Positions 1 through 12,043 of a stretch of DNA of 64,000 nt are shown in pieces. The position numbers were made by a program, and so were the translations under genes. The stretch is from Lama glama. Taxonomy: Eukaryota. The notes under the pieces were generated by a model that was not told the origin of the DNA, ran no database searches, and worked only from the letters and a program-made list of their open reading frames with translations. Each line of letters starts with the position of its first letter. Position 1 is the first letter of the stretch. The DNA is taken from contig CM052831.1 of assembly GCA_028534125.1 (NCBI GenBank), positions 23,808,001 to 23,872,000 of the forward strand, written 5' to 3'.

Positions 1-1535
1 GAAGGGAGGACTTTTATACATTTTGTACCTTTGTAACCAGATATGCTTATGTTATTTTTCAGCTTTTCTGTCTCCCAGATTCTGAGGCTGGGCTAGGAGG
101 GGGAGGGGGACAGAGGGAAAGAGGTGCAGAGTTTGGCCCCCTTTGGGTCCCTGGCAAATTATATGATATTTCCTCTCATCTTACCAGGGTGGATTCAGAC
201 AGGAGGGGTAAATTCCTTCCCCACCCCTCCACTGCCCGCCCAGGTAGATCTGAATATCGTCAGGGCCAAAAGTGCAGAACTGATCTTTGCTTTTTCTTGG
301 ATATCCCAGGGGCCAAACTTCTGGGACTGGGAGTTGGTCTTGGAAACAGGGGTCCTCTGACCTCCTCACAGGGGCTCACTCTTGTGTCCCTCCCCATGGA
401 TGTGTGTGTTCATTACGTGAGTCCCTGCCACTTACTGCCTTATGACCCAGGACTGATGCTGTGGGGCGCTGGTGGAGCAGCAGATGTCATGTTTACAGAG
501 CAAGGCTTCCCTTTCTCCCATGGGGAGGGGCTCAGGCCTCTATTCAGACATTCCTGCAGAAGGTGGATGGAGGGGTTATTTGCCAGCCCCTGCCCCTGCT
601 GTCAGTAAAAGTTGTCTGTGGTGCCATTTGATTCCCTGACACTGCCCCCTGCTGGAATTTATTCTGCAGGAGAGGTTGGTGGTGGAAGCAAAGGGAGAAG
701 CAGAAACAAGGGAACTGAAGACTCAGAATGTAGGTGCCACTGCCTCCCATGTTTACAGGAGCCTCCCTGGCCCTAGGCACCCGGGCTGCAGGAAGTGACT
801 CAGTTCCATCCCTCCTTAATTCCCTTCTAAAGGGAAAAATGACTGTTAGGACCATGTTCACAAACTCACTTTTATTACTTTGTCTGATGTCCAGAAATGG
901 GGACTTTTAAATTTTGTTACTTTGTTTACAGGTCAAGGTTGAAAACACTTTTAAACTTTGTTTACAACTTACAACTTTGAACTTTTACACTTTGTTTACC
1001 GTTGAGAATATTTTTTTCGTTTTGTTTACAAATGAAAGGTAGAGAATGTGGGAGAGGGGTGTGGAGGACCCACCTGTGAGGACCCTGAACCTGGCCACCT
1101 TGAGGGGTTTCTAACCCCTCACTCTCCCAGGCCAAAGGTCAGCCCTGAGTCCCTGTAGAACAGCAGGCCCAGTAGGCATCCTCTTACCATGGGGAACAGT
1201 GACCAAGCAGGGTTGTGAAGGGTCGGTGCAGACACCCCACTCCTTCATGCACACTCTTGGGAGGCAGTTTTGAAAGAGACTGAAAGCTCTGCTTTACTGA
1301 CTGGTGCCAAATCCCGCCAGCCAGGACCCCAGCTCTCCTTATCGAGTGTCCCCAGCCGTTGAAGGGTTGAGGGGCCTGCCGTGGGGAGAGGGGGTTGTCC
1401 TTGCTGTGTCCTAGGTTCTGTAGATGCCCCTCTCCAGAGGTCCCCTCTCGAGCCCAGTGGCTCCTTTCCCTGTCTGTGTAAATTGTTCCGTGAAGCCGCG
1501 CTCTGTTTTGGGAATAAACTTCTATAGAAAATGGT
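1..1535 (+). other. CELSR3: Distal 3'UTR of CELSR3 (CDS lies outside the window)
   Basis: No coding exons. AATAAA at 1513-1518 is followed by a GT/T-rich downstream element. The terminal sequence resembles the recalled human CELSR3 3' end, and CELSR3 lies directly upstream of SLC26A6 in mammals. Confidence 0.75.
1513..1518 (+). terminator. Poly(A) signal of CELSR3
   Basis: AATAAA followed by a T/GT-rich tract at ~1533-1560. Confidence 0.75.
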
Positions 1536-2229
1536 TATTGCCTCTTTCTGTTTGGGGGTGGGGTACCAGGGTGGCTATGAATGATTCAGGCCAGGCTGAC
1601 CTTTGGGAGAAATGTGAGCACTGCCCTCACCCACCTTCCCAAGAATATTCGGCTATTTTTAGCTTATTTCATTGGAGATTTGGACCAGGTTCCGATCTCT
1701 TTCATCCTGAATTTTGTCCAGTGGCCTTGAGGTTGGGCCTGAAGTATGAGCACACGTACTGAGAGTCAAGGCAACAACTTGATGGCTTCCTAAGTCTGCA
1801 GGGCCTGCAGCCCTCACCTGGCATTTTCTCTGGCAGTCAGACCCACCTTAGGAACTGCCCTCAGCCCACTGACAGCACTGAGGAGCCTCTCAGACTTGGA
1901 ATTGCCGGGACATAGCGTTCCTCCGGAACTCAGGCAGAAGGCTTCGGGCCTGATGCCCGGCCTGTGCTATGTCCAGGAGAGGGGAACCTCTCAGCCTTTC
2001 AGGTCTGCGCGTCCAGGGTTAAAGGGAGGCCTTTGAGCCCCTTCGGTCTCAGAGAGGTCTCAGGGGGAAAGCCTGAGGGTGGCGTTCTCAGTTGGCGGCC
2101 TCCAGGATCTGGATACTTCCCCCGCCCCCCCCTAGAGATCTAATGCTCTAGTTACCAGCCACGCCCCTAGACATCCAGCTCCCCATCCCCCGGGGACCCT
2201 CCGCAAGAAGCCAGGACCTGGTATCAGCC

Positions 2230-3200
2230 TCGTCCCACTCAGGGACCTGCGGCTGCGGCTGCGGATACGGCCAGGCCAGCTCGGGTCCTTAGTCCCAGTT
2301 TTTCGGTAACAACTGGCTCAGGGAGGAGAGCTCGGCGGGCCACGAGGGGGAGCACAAGCCAAGCCGCAGGGGGAGGAAGGAGTTAAATCTCCCTCCTTGG
2401 AGGTCGCTACACCCGGGGAGCGTCCCTTAGGCCCCGCCCCGGCACGCTGACTGGCCCACGCCTTCCCGGTCCTGCCCCGGGACTGGCCGCTGGGAGCGCG
2501 CCTCCGGCGTTGCCTTGGTCCCGGACTCGCCTTTCGGGCCATAGCGGCCTCCTGCCGGAGGTGTAGGAGCTGCCGCCTCTGGGCTGCCCTCCAGCCATGG
2601 GGCTATCGGAAGCGCCGGGGTGAGTGCAGGGCGGGGCCCGGGTTCCCCATGTTCCAGTCTGCGAGGCGCGGGCCGCCCTTCGGCCCCCGCGCAGGCGCCC
2701 GGCTTGGGTCAGCGCGGAAGGGGTACCGCCGAGTCCCAAGCAGGCATTTCCCGCCTGCCGCGCGTCGGTTTACCGCTTTGTCGATCTTACGCAGGCGGCT
2801 GCCCAGCTGTAGCGAGGGATGGGGCGGGAGCCGGAGGGACCTCGGCTCCTGCGGGCTGTGCGGAAAGCCGCTTGAGCGCCGTTCGAGGGTTAGCCGGGGA
2901 CCGCCCGTAGGCGGCTGCGTGCAGAGGAGCCCCGGCCCAGGAAATGCGCGCTGGGGCCCGGGAGGTCGCTGCAAGAGTGTCCATAATGGGAGCCTGAGTC
3001 TACCCAGCGATGCAACTGGTCCTGGAATTAGTTCTCCCGCCTTTCAGCCTGCCGGGCCCTCCCAGGCGGGTGGGGCCACAGATTTCAGCCCCGCCTTCCG
3101 AGCACGGATCCTGCGGGGGGGGGTCGGGGCGGGGAGCCCTTTAAGACCTCGAGTGACTCACGGAGGAGGGGCGAGGGGGCTCAAAGATCTCTGTGAGACG
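2230..3200. promoter_or_regulatory. CpG island / promoter of SLC26A6
   Basis: High GC and CpG density and a GC box (CCCCGCCCC at ~2432) surrounding coding exon 1 at 2597. Confidence 0.85.
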
Positions 3201-6200
3201 GCGATGCAGAGTCTCCAAGGATCGTCCTTGCACCCTCTCCACTCCTTCCTCCAACCGGGACATCCAGGTTAGAGGCCTTTTCTAGGTGAGCTCCTGCCAC
3301 TCGGGTGGGATCCCCCACCTTGGTCAGAGTTTCTCACAGATCAGAACTTTCCTGACAGGTAAAGGCTTTCCCAGCAGGGGAGAGCTTCCCTCCAGGTAAG
3401 ACTCCCCTTTCTGGAATCCACTACCAGGTGAAAGCTTTCTCCCATTATAGGTGGGAGCCTCCCCCAGGTCAGAGCTTCCCTTAAGTGAGAATCCCCTCTA
3501 GACCGGAACATTCCTGGCAGGTGAAAACTTTCCCCCAGATAAGCCCTCCCCTTCTAAGAGCTCCTACTCCCAGGTGAGAACTGTTCCTGGGATAGCTTCC
3601 CCCGGGTAAGAACTCCCTCTCCCCACATCTCCTAGATTCCCAAGTGAGATCTTTCCCCTTATTCGGTGGTAGCTACTGGGCAGATGAGAAATTCTCCCCA
3701 GGACAGAACTTACCTCACTGGTGAAAACTTTCCTGTCAGGTGAGAGCTTCCCCTTAGGTGAGATCGTTCCCCCTTCAGATGGGAGCTTGCCTTTACAGGC
3801 AGAAACCTTTCCTTCCAGGTGAGAGCCACCCCTGGCTTTCCCAGAAGAGGCCTGAACTTGTCTACAGTCTGGACCCTGGGGCCAGAGGCCCAGGGGCAAT
3901 CTTAGCCCCAAAACTTACCTTCTCTTAGAGCCTCCTCATGTGACGAAAATCTTGCCTAGTTTGCTGGATTCCTTCCTTGCATGTGCTCCCAGACAGCATG
4001 CACTGGGCTCATGGGCAGTTGGATAAGGACTCAGACTAGACAGGGATTGGCTGGGGAAGAGCAGGGCCTGAGGGAAGGGGGCTAGGAGGGGCAGTCAGCC
4101 TGGGACCCAGACTGGTGAACACTCAGGGCTGGGCAGTCGCAGCTGGGCTGAAGCTTTGGTTGCGCTCATCCTGCTGTCTTCGTGGGGGACTTTGGCCCAT
4201 CAAGAGTCTGCCACCAGCCAAAGTTCAGGTACTGCCCCTGGCTGGGCGTGGGCATGGAGCCCGCAGGAACCAGCTGGGGGGGTTGGACCTACCTAGATCT
4301 TGGGACCTAGAGAAGTCAGGTGGGTGACTTTCTGGTCCCTTGGGGAGGTAGGGCCAGGAGTGCCCTCACTATGTCTCTCGCCTCACCACCCCAGACAAAG
4401 GGACACACAGGCACTGCTGTCCACAACGCATGCGATGGAGCTGAGGAGGCGAGACTACCATGTGGAGCGGCCACTGCTGAACCAGGAACGGCTGGAGGAG
4501 CTGGGAAGGAGGGGTTCAGCAGCTGGGACCCGCCAATGGCAAACCTGGTTTCGGTGAGGTGGGTGGGGGCTGGGAACCCTGCAGGACTTAGGTAGCACCT
4601 GTCCCTAATACCTACCCTTGTGTCTCCAGGTGTTCCCGTGCTCGGGCCCGAGCCCTTCTGCTCCAATACCTCCCAATTTTGGCTTGGCTACCCCAGTATC
4701 CAGTGCGTGAGTGGCTTCTGGGTGACCTGTTGTCTGGCCTGAGTGTGGCCATTATGCAGCTACCACAGGGTGAGCCACCCCTGGCCCCGAGGCTGCACCC
4801 TTAACCCTTGGGTGGTGACCCTGACCGTTCAAGGCCCTGGCCTGGAGGCCCTGTGGTCTGCAACACCCCCTACTCCAAACCTGAAGCCATGACCCCTGCC
4901 CCTGGAACTATGGCCCATGACCTAGGGCTGGGATTCCCTCATCCTTTCAAGGTCCTGTCCTCCAAGCCTACATTGCTACCATTCCATCCCCAGGCCTGGC
5001 CTACGCCCTTCTGGCTGGACTGCCCCCTGTGTTTGGCCTCTACAGTTCCTTCTACCCTGTCTTTATCTATTTCCTATTCGGCACTTCCCGGCACATCTCC
5101 GTGGGTGAGTGGAGCAGGCCCAGCCTTACAGGAGGCTGTTCACATTCTCCACAGAGGAAAGGGTGAGGGAGGGCTGAGCAGGGCAAGGAAACATCAGAAA
5201 GAGGGAGGGAGGCATTGGTGCTGGGCTGCTGGGAGGCCGGCCCAAGGGTCATTCCCAGGCAGCACTGGACCTCTGACCACAGAGCCACAGATTCAGGTTC
5301 CACAGAGGCCCTGTCCTAGGAGCAACTGGGCCAGGGTCAGCTGGTGAGTGAAGCAACTCAAGGGGCCCAGACTTGGAACAGAACTGATAGCCTGAGGCAG
5401 GTCATGCTCTCTTCCCCATTCCACCTTTTACAAGGGGAGCGGTCCTGAGCCAGTGGACACAGGTCGGTCAAGGTAGATGATGGGGGCTGCACTTAAGAGT
5501 CCTTGAACATTTCTAGTTGCCCTCAAGAGCTTTGAACTTAGGGTTCATGTCTGACTGACAGCCTTGCCTCTATTTGCATGGCCTAGTCTGAGGATATTTG
5601 TCTAGAATTGCATGTCTCCTGGCCTCTCCCTTAAGACCAGGGCTGCAGGGCAGGGCAGTGTCCTTTATCTTTGAGACCTACCCTGATCTGTCTCTGCAGG
5701 CACTTTTGCTATCATGTCCGTGATGGTGGGCAGTGTGACAGAATCCCTGGCCCCAGATGAGGCCTTCCTGCAGGACTTGAACTCCACAGTCAATGTAACG
5801 GCCAGAGACGCTGCCCGGGTGCAGCTGGCCTCCACACTCAGTGTCCTGGTTGGCCTCTTCCAGGTCAGGAGTACATGCCCCCGACTGCCCAACCCAGCCC
5901 CAACCCCATCTGCCAGTTCCCCTGAGTGTCGGGCCATCACCGTATTCCCCCTCCATCACTCATACCCCTCTGATCCCACCTGCCCTGGGCTCTGCTCTGG
6001 CCACCCCTAGGACCCTCTCCTCCTCTGACTGCCCCATCCACCCAACAGGTGGGGCTAGGCCTGGTGCATTTCGGCTTTGTGGTCACCTACCTGTCTGAGC
6101 CTCTTGTCCGCGGCTATACCACAGCTGCATCCGTGCAGGTCTTCGTCTCGCAGCTCAAGTATGTGTTTGGCCTCTATCTGAGCAGCCGCTCTGGGCCGCT

Positions 6201-9200
6201 GTCCCTCATCTATGTGAGTGAGGGTAGGAGGAGGGACTGGAGGGTGGGAAGAGGAACTGATGGGTGTGCCCAGGACCTTGAGCGCTGGCTGTGACCCTGT
6301 CTCCCCTCAGACAGTACTGGAGGTCTGCTGGAAGCTGCCCCAGAGCGTGGTGGGCACCATGGTGACCGCAGTTGTGGCAGGGGTGGTACTCGTGCTGGTG
6401 AAGCTGTTGAATGACAAACTACGTCGACATCTGCCCCTGCCGATCCCCGGGGAGCTGCTTACGGTTCGAACTCAGGGTGTTGGGGCACGGGGGAAGGGCA
6501 AGTGAGAATATGTCCCTGCCACATGGGCATCCACAAGGTATTGAAAGACTAGCTGGAGTGGGCAGTGATAAGCGTTCCTGAGGACTGGGGAGGCCACAGC
6601 ATAGTCCCCTACAGCATCTCCCCTTTCCCCAAATGGCGGTGTCTGTCTCTCACCCTTTTGCTGACTTCTCCCCACCTCTCTGAAGATTTCGCTTCAGGCT
6701 TCTTCCTTCACCCCCAGAGTGGTTTCTCCATCCCCCTTAACAATGGTGCTGGCACCTCCCTCCCCTGACTCTGTCCTCTCCCCCCAAGCTCATCGGGGCC
6801 ACGGGCATCTCCTACGGCGTGGGCCTGCAGCACAGATTTGGGGTGGATGTCGTGGGCAAAATCCCTGCAGGGTGAGCTCTGGCCCCAGTTGGGTCAGGGA
6901 GGGTTTGGGTGGCCAGGGCCAGAACCTTCCTGTGGCCTCACGGATGCCCCTCACAGGATGCTGCCTCCAGTGGCCCCCAGCCCCCAGCTGTTTGCCAAGC
7001 TTGTGGGAAATGCCTTCGCCATCGCTGTGGTTGGGTTCGCCATTGCCATCTCGCTGGGGAAGATTTTCGCCCTGAGGCATGGCTACCGGGTGGACAGCAA
7101 CCAGGTCTGGGGGATGGGATGAGGGACATGAGGGGGCAGGTGTACAGGGACCCCAGGGCCTAGGGACACAGGGAAACAGCAAACAGATGGGCTGCAGCCA
7201 GGAGGGGGGACTGAGGATGGGAGAGCAGGACAGCAGGGGACAGCAGCCAAGTCTTTGGGGACTACTGAGTGAGGATGGAGGTGGGCCTAGACGCAGTGAC
7301 CAGGCACTGCTAGTGAAAGATCCTCACACCTGGACTCCCCCCTCCAGGAGCTGGTGGCCCTCGGCCTTAGTAACCTCATCGGGGGCATCTTCCAGTGCTT
7401 CCCTGTGAGCTGCTCTATGTCCCGGAGCCTGGTTCAGGAGAGCACCGGGGGCAACACACAGGTGGGTTTCAGGTGTGGGCGGGGGTGTGCGTCTGTGCCT
7501 CCCCTTTCCCTCTCTCTCCCTACCCCCTGCTCCCCCAGTTCCCCTGTACACGGGCCCACTCCCTGCGTACTCCCACTCCGCAGGTGGCTGGAGCCGTCTC
7601 CTCCCTCTTCATCCTCATTATCATCCTCAAACTTGGTGAACTCTTCCAAGACCTGCCCAAGGTGAGCCTGCACCCCCACCCCCACCCAGCCAGGCCTGAG
7701 GGCCTTGGCCAGGCCAGGGATGCAGATCAGTCACTCGGGTCCTGGGTAAGGGGGAGGGATACAGGGTCATGCTGTTTGTCAAGCTTGCGATCTCTGGGGT
7801 GAAATTTGGAGTCAAGGGTCATGGGTGAGAACTTTTCAGAGTCAGATGCAGGTTAGGTGAGGGGGGCAGGTGGTGGTCAGTGTCACTTGGGGTCATACTG
7901 AGACTCTTGGGATCAGCATGGCTGATGCCCAGGCAGTCTGGGTTGTCGGCTTCCGGGCACTTCTTAGTCCCTGCTGCCGCGCTCCTGTCCCCTAGGCAGT
8001 CCTGGCAGCCGTCATCATCGTGAATCTGAAGGGCATGCTGATGCAGTTCAGAGACATATGCTCCCTCTGGAAGGCAAATAGAGTGGATCTGGTGAGAGGC
8101 CTGGGTGCCGGGGGCAGGAGCAGGCCCCTCAGCCCCAGTGGCCCATCTAGACCCTGTTGACCCCTGCCCTTCTATTTTCAGCTCATCTGGCTGGTGACCT
8201 TTGTAGCCACTATCCTGCTGAACCTGGACATTGGTCTGGTAGTGGCAGTAGTCTTCTCCCTGCTGCTCGTGGTGGTCCGCACACAGATGTGAGTCACCTC
8301 TTTGGTACCCTCATTCCAGCTGATGAAGGAGTCCACCCTGGCTTCCCCCAGCTTTCCTACATCTTGAGGGTGACCCCAGGCTCATTAGTACCCCCTTGTC
8401 ACTCTTTCTCCTAACACCACTCTTATCTCACACTCACTCTCTCCTTCACAGGCCCCACTACTCTGTCCTGGGCCAGGTGCCAGACACGGATATTTACAGA
8501 GATGTGGCAGAGTACTCAGAAGTGAGTGGCAGGGACTAAGCAAGAGGAAGGCGTGGATGGGGTGGGACAAAAACAGCATAGTGGGGCACTAAGGGTGCTT
8601 TGGACCTTGGAATTTCAAGGGAGAAATTTGGGTCTATGACCCTTCCATTCAGAGTATGGGCCTGGGGGTTGGGGGACAGGGTCTGTGTTAGAGGCAGCCG
8701 TACAAGCCTCATCCTGCAGAATAGCCTTGGGCCAGGAATGCTGAGCAGCAAGCTCTAGGGCACCAGGATGTAGGGGAGACTGTTTCTTGATCTGATCAGT
8801 GGGTTTACTGAATCTCTGTCCCTCATTTACCACCTGAGAAGTCTCATGCCAAGCTCTGGGAACAAAGGTGGGGGCTCTGGAATAAAACCAGATCATTCTG
8901 CCTGAGATGGAGCCTTGAGGGCTGAGCACAATATGATGAGGCAAAATGAGGGGAGGACATCAGGGGAGCAGCTCAGCTGGATGGAAAGGGAAGTGGTGGG
9001 GAGAGGACATCACTTGGGCCCAAATGCTGAGCAGAGACCTGGAGTGGGAGCCTGACTTGGGTGGGAGCCAGGGAAGGCTTGGCTGGTCTGGCAGCTGAGG
9101 TGGGGCCGTCTGTCCATACGCAGAAAACAGCCCACAGTGCAGGGACTGGAGACCCAAGTGGAGGCTGAGAGCCTTTGAAACCTGGCCTGGGTGTTGGCAG

Positions 9201-12043
9201 AAAGGCAGGGGAAATGGAGCAGGAGAGGTTCAGGATGCCCTGAAGGAAGAGAAGGTGGCTGAGGGCCTGGCAGAGGGAACAGGATAAGGGGTCAGAATAA
9301 CCTGGGCAGGCTGGGCCTCTATCTCCCTGGGGAGCAGAGGGTTGGAGGGGACAGATATGGGAGGCACACAGAGAAGAAAGAAAGGAGAACAGGATGCCGC
9401 TAGGAGAGACGAGGGCTCAGCCACCCCCAACCCTGACCCATCTGCAGGCCAGGGAGGTCCCGGGCGTGAAGGTGTTCCGCTCCTCGGCCACCGTGTACTT
9501 TGCCAACGCTGAGCTCTACAGTGACGCGCTGAAGCAGAGGGTGAGGCCTGGGGTCCACGGAGTAAGTGGCAGAGGGCTCCTCACCTCCCCAGGGTCCACA
9601 TCCCCTGCCCTGCCCTCTGTTCTAGTGCGGTGTGGACGTGGACCACCTCATCTCCCAGAAGAAGAAGCTGCTCAGGAAGCAGGAGCTGAAGCTGAAGCGA
9701 CTGCAGAAGGAGAATAAGCTCCTGAAACAGGCAGGGGCCCCTCTGAGCCAGCGACTCCTGCCGCTGACCCCACCCAGCCTTTCCCAGCCTCCTGGCTTCC
9801 CACCTCATTCTTCATCCCTCCTCCTCTCTCCCTGATGCTCTCGGGGACCCTGCTTTACTCCTCTGGCAGGTCAAGGCTCTAGAGGGGCCATTTTGTCTTT
9901 CTCTCACCTGCTAAGCTGGTGACAGCGTGAACTGCCACAGTCATATTCCATTTATGGCTATCCCTGAAGCTGGTCCAAACCCCAAGGCCTTCAGCCTGGC
10001 TGCCCTGGGTCCCAAACTTCAGGTCCTGATCCACCTACCTTCCCAAAGCCAGTGGATGACACCAGGCCAGCCTGTCATACGACAGCTGGGCCAGCTCTTT
10101 CTAGCCCCCCTCTTCCCCGGCCCAGGCTGCCGCCTCCAAGGGCACTTCGGTTTCCATCAGTGTCAACGCCAGTGTCGCCGACATCGACAGCAGCAATGCA
10201 GAGGACTCCAAGGCCAAGGTGCGGCTGGAGGTGGGAGAGGGGCCAGCCATGCGCTGCAGAGATGAGGGTGCCCGGGCATGACCTGTGGGGAAATTCGTAG
10301 ACCCACAAGCTATGGATTCCAGATTGTTGTGCCATTGGCAGGAGGAATGAGGCAATGGATCAGAAGCTCTGTGGGGAGATCTCTAGTGATGTGCCACCCA
10401 GTTCTGCTTGTGGCTCTCGGGTCTGTAATCTGAGGTCTAGGTGAAGACCCTGAATTTGTGGATTCCATAAGACCCTGCAGTCTGTGCTCATGGGTAGAGG
10501 GAAAGGATGAGGCATGCGGGAAAAATCTGGGATTAAAGGGGACACCAATCTCAATTAGAGGCTCAGGCGAAGTCCAAGATACCTATGTATCCACATGTGT
10601 CCACATGTGTCTTCTGGTTTATCCCCGAGCCCCCTGCCCACTCCACTCTGGCTTAAGATGGGGCATGGTCTCCCAGCACCCCTCCTTCTTAAGCATCCCT
10701 ATTAAGGCTGAACCCGGGGATAAAAGAGCAGGAGATGCATGTCTGCGTGTGCTCCCTGAGTCTGGGCATCCTCTCCTGTGTGTCCCCATGTGTCCCTCCT
10801 GTCTTGACATACAGGCTCCTTGTGTCCATGTCCTCATGTGTCCCCTGCATGCCCCATATATGTGGGAGCTGACATTCACGCTCCCACGTCTGATCCTGTG
10901 CGTCTCTGCACATCTCTGCACATTCTCTGCCTTCACCCACCACGGGCGGCCCTCGCAGTGTGTTTGCTTCCCCAGCAGGGGACTGCAGGGAATGAGCTAG
11001 AGGATATGGCAGCCAGGGGTCCAGAAGATGCCAAGGCCCCAGACATGTCCTCACTGAAGGCCCTGGGCCTGCCTCAGCCAGATTTCCACAGCCTCATCCT
11101 GGATCTGGGCGCCCTCTCCTTTGTAGACACTGTGTTCCTCAAAAGCCTGAAGAATGTAAGGGGCTGGGGGCACCCCTGAGATGGGCCCTGGCGGGGGGGA
11201 TGAGGCCTCTCCACTCTGACCCCTTGACAAGGTCCAAGAACCCTCTGAGCCTGATCCCCAGACTCTCTGAGCTCCCCCTCGGACCCCTGCTGCCTGCCTG
11301 AGTCCCCACTCAGAACCCCTGAGCCTCCCCCTGAGGCTGGCCCCCCTTTCTGCTGCAGATTTTCCGTGACTTCCGGGAGATCGAGGTGGAAGTGTACATG
11401 GCCTCCTGTCACTGTACGTGGGGTGGGGACACCAGGAGTGGTCCAGGTGGGGTGTGGGGATTCCAGCCAAGGTATCTGCCAAGGCACAGGGAGAAAGTCT
11501 TTATCTGAAACTGGAGGTCAGAGGTGTCCTGGGAGGCAGAGGTCAAGGGTCAAGTGTTGGAGGTTAGCTATAAACCTCAGGAGTGAAAGTCAAGGTGACA
11601 TTCTGCTGGTGCCTGGGGGTTGGGTTTCTTGGTGGTTCTGCGAGTCAGGAGAGACCTCTCCTTACCTCCAGCTCCCGTGATCACCCAGCTTGAGGCCGGG
11701 CACTTCTTCGATGCAACTATCACCAAGCAGCATCTCTTTGCCTCTGTCCACGATGCTGTCATCTTTGCACTCCAGCGTCTGAGGTCCAGCCCCGTCAGCC
11801 CTGTTTCGGTGAGCTGACCTCTGGCCAAGCTCTTTTTGTTTATCTACTGCTTGTCCCACCCTGAGCCCAGTTACAGGAAGTCCACCCTGCCTGGATGGCT
11901 CTGAATGGCTCTGCCCACTGTGGACCCCCTGCCTTTCCCTCCTGCCTTTAGATGAAGCTGCTCCTGGGAGAGGGGGTGGTATGTGTCCTTTGGAAACTGA
12001 CAGGAGCCTCTCTCCTCTCCCTGGCCAGGTTACCAAACTCTGA
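2597..12043 (+). CDS. SLC26A6: Solute carrier family 26 member 6 (Cl-/HCO3-/oxalate exchanger; SulP transmembrane + STAS domain), 21 exons, ~762 aa
   Basis: Exons: 2597-2619, 4395-4553, 4630-4769, 4994-5104, 5700-5863, 6049-6213, 6311-6463, 6789-6871, 6957-7104, 7348-7461, 7584-7661, 7996-8091, 8182-8288, 8452-8521, 9448-9540, 9626-9730 (GC donor), 10126-10218, 10976/10979-11155, 11359-11413, 11672-11808, 12029-12043. Total 2289 nt, in frame. Motifs: MGLSEAPG start, [24 protein letters not shown] signature, [29 protein letters not shown]-terminal PDZ ligand VTKL. Confidence 0.97.
3280..3835 (+). repeat. Degenerate ~18-20 bp tandem array, consensus approximately YAGGTGAGARCTTTCCC
   Basis: Roughly 25-30 recognisable units, e.g. 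caggtaagactcccc (3393), caggtgaaagctttctccc (3426), caggtgagaactgttcc (3571), caggtgagagcttcccc (3737), caggtgagagccacccc (3816). Confidence 0.8.

Noticed and set aside
2318-3272. Overlapping 100-200 aa ORFs on both strands in the SLC26A6 CpG island
   Set aside because: Expected stop-codon scarcity in GC-rich DNA; Arg/Gly/Pro-rich with no recognisable domain.
3280-3835. CRISPR-like repeat/spacer appearance
   Set aside because: Mammalian intron; units are degenerate and contiguous with no unique spacers and no cas genes.
3564-3911. 115-aa minus-strand ORF with repeated GKL/GKV motifs
   Set aside because: It is just the antisense translation of the intron-1 minisatellite.
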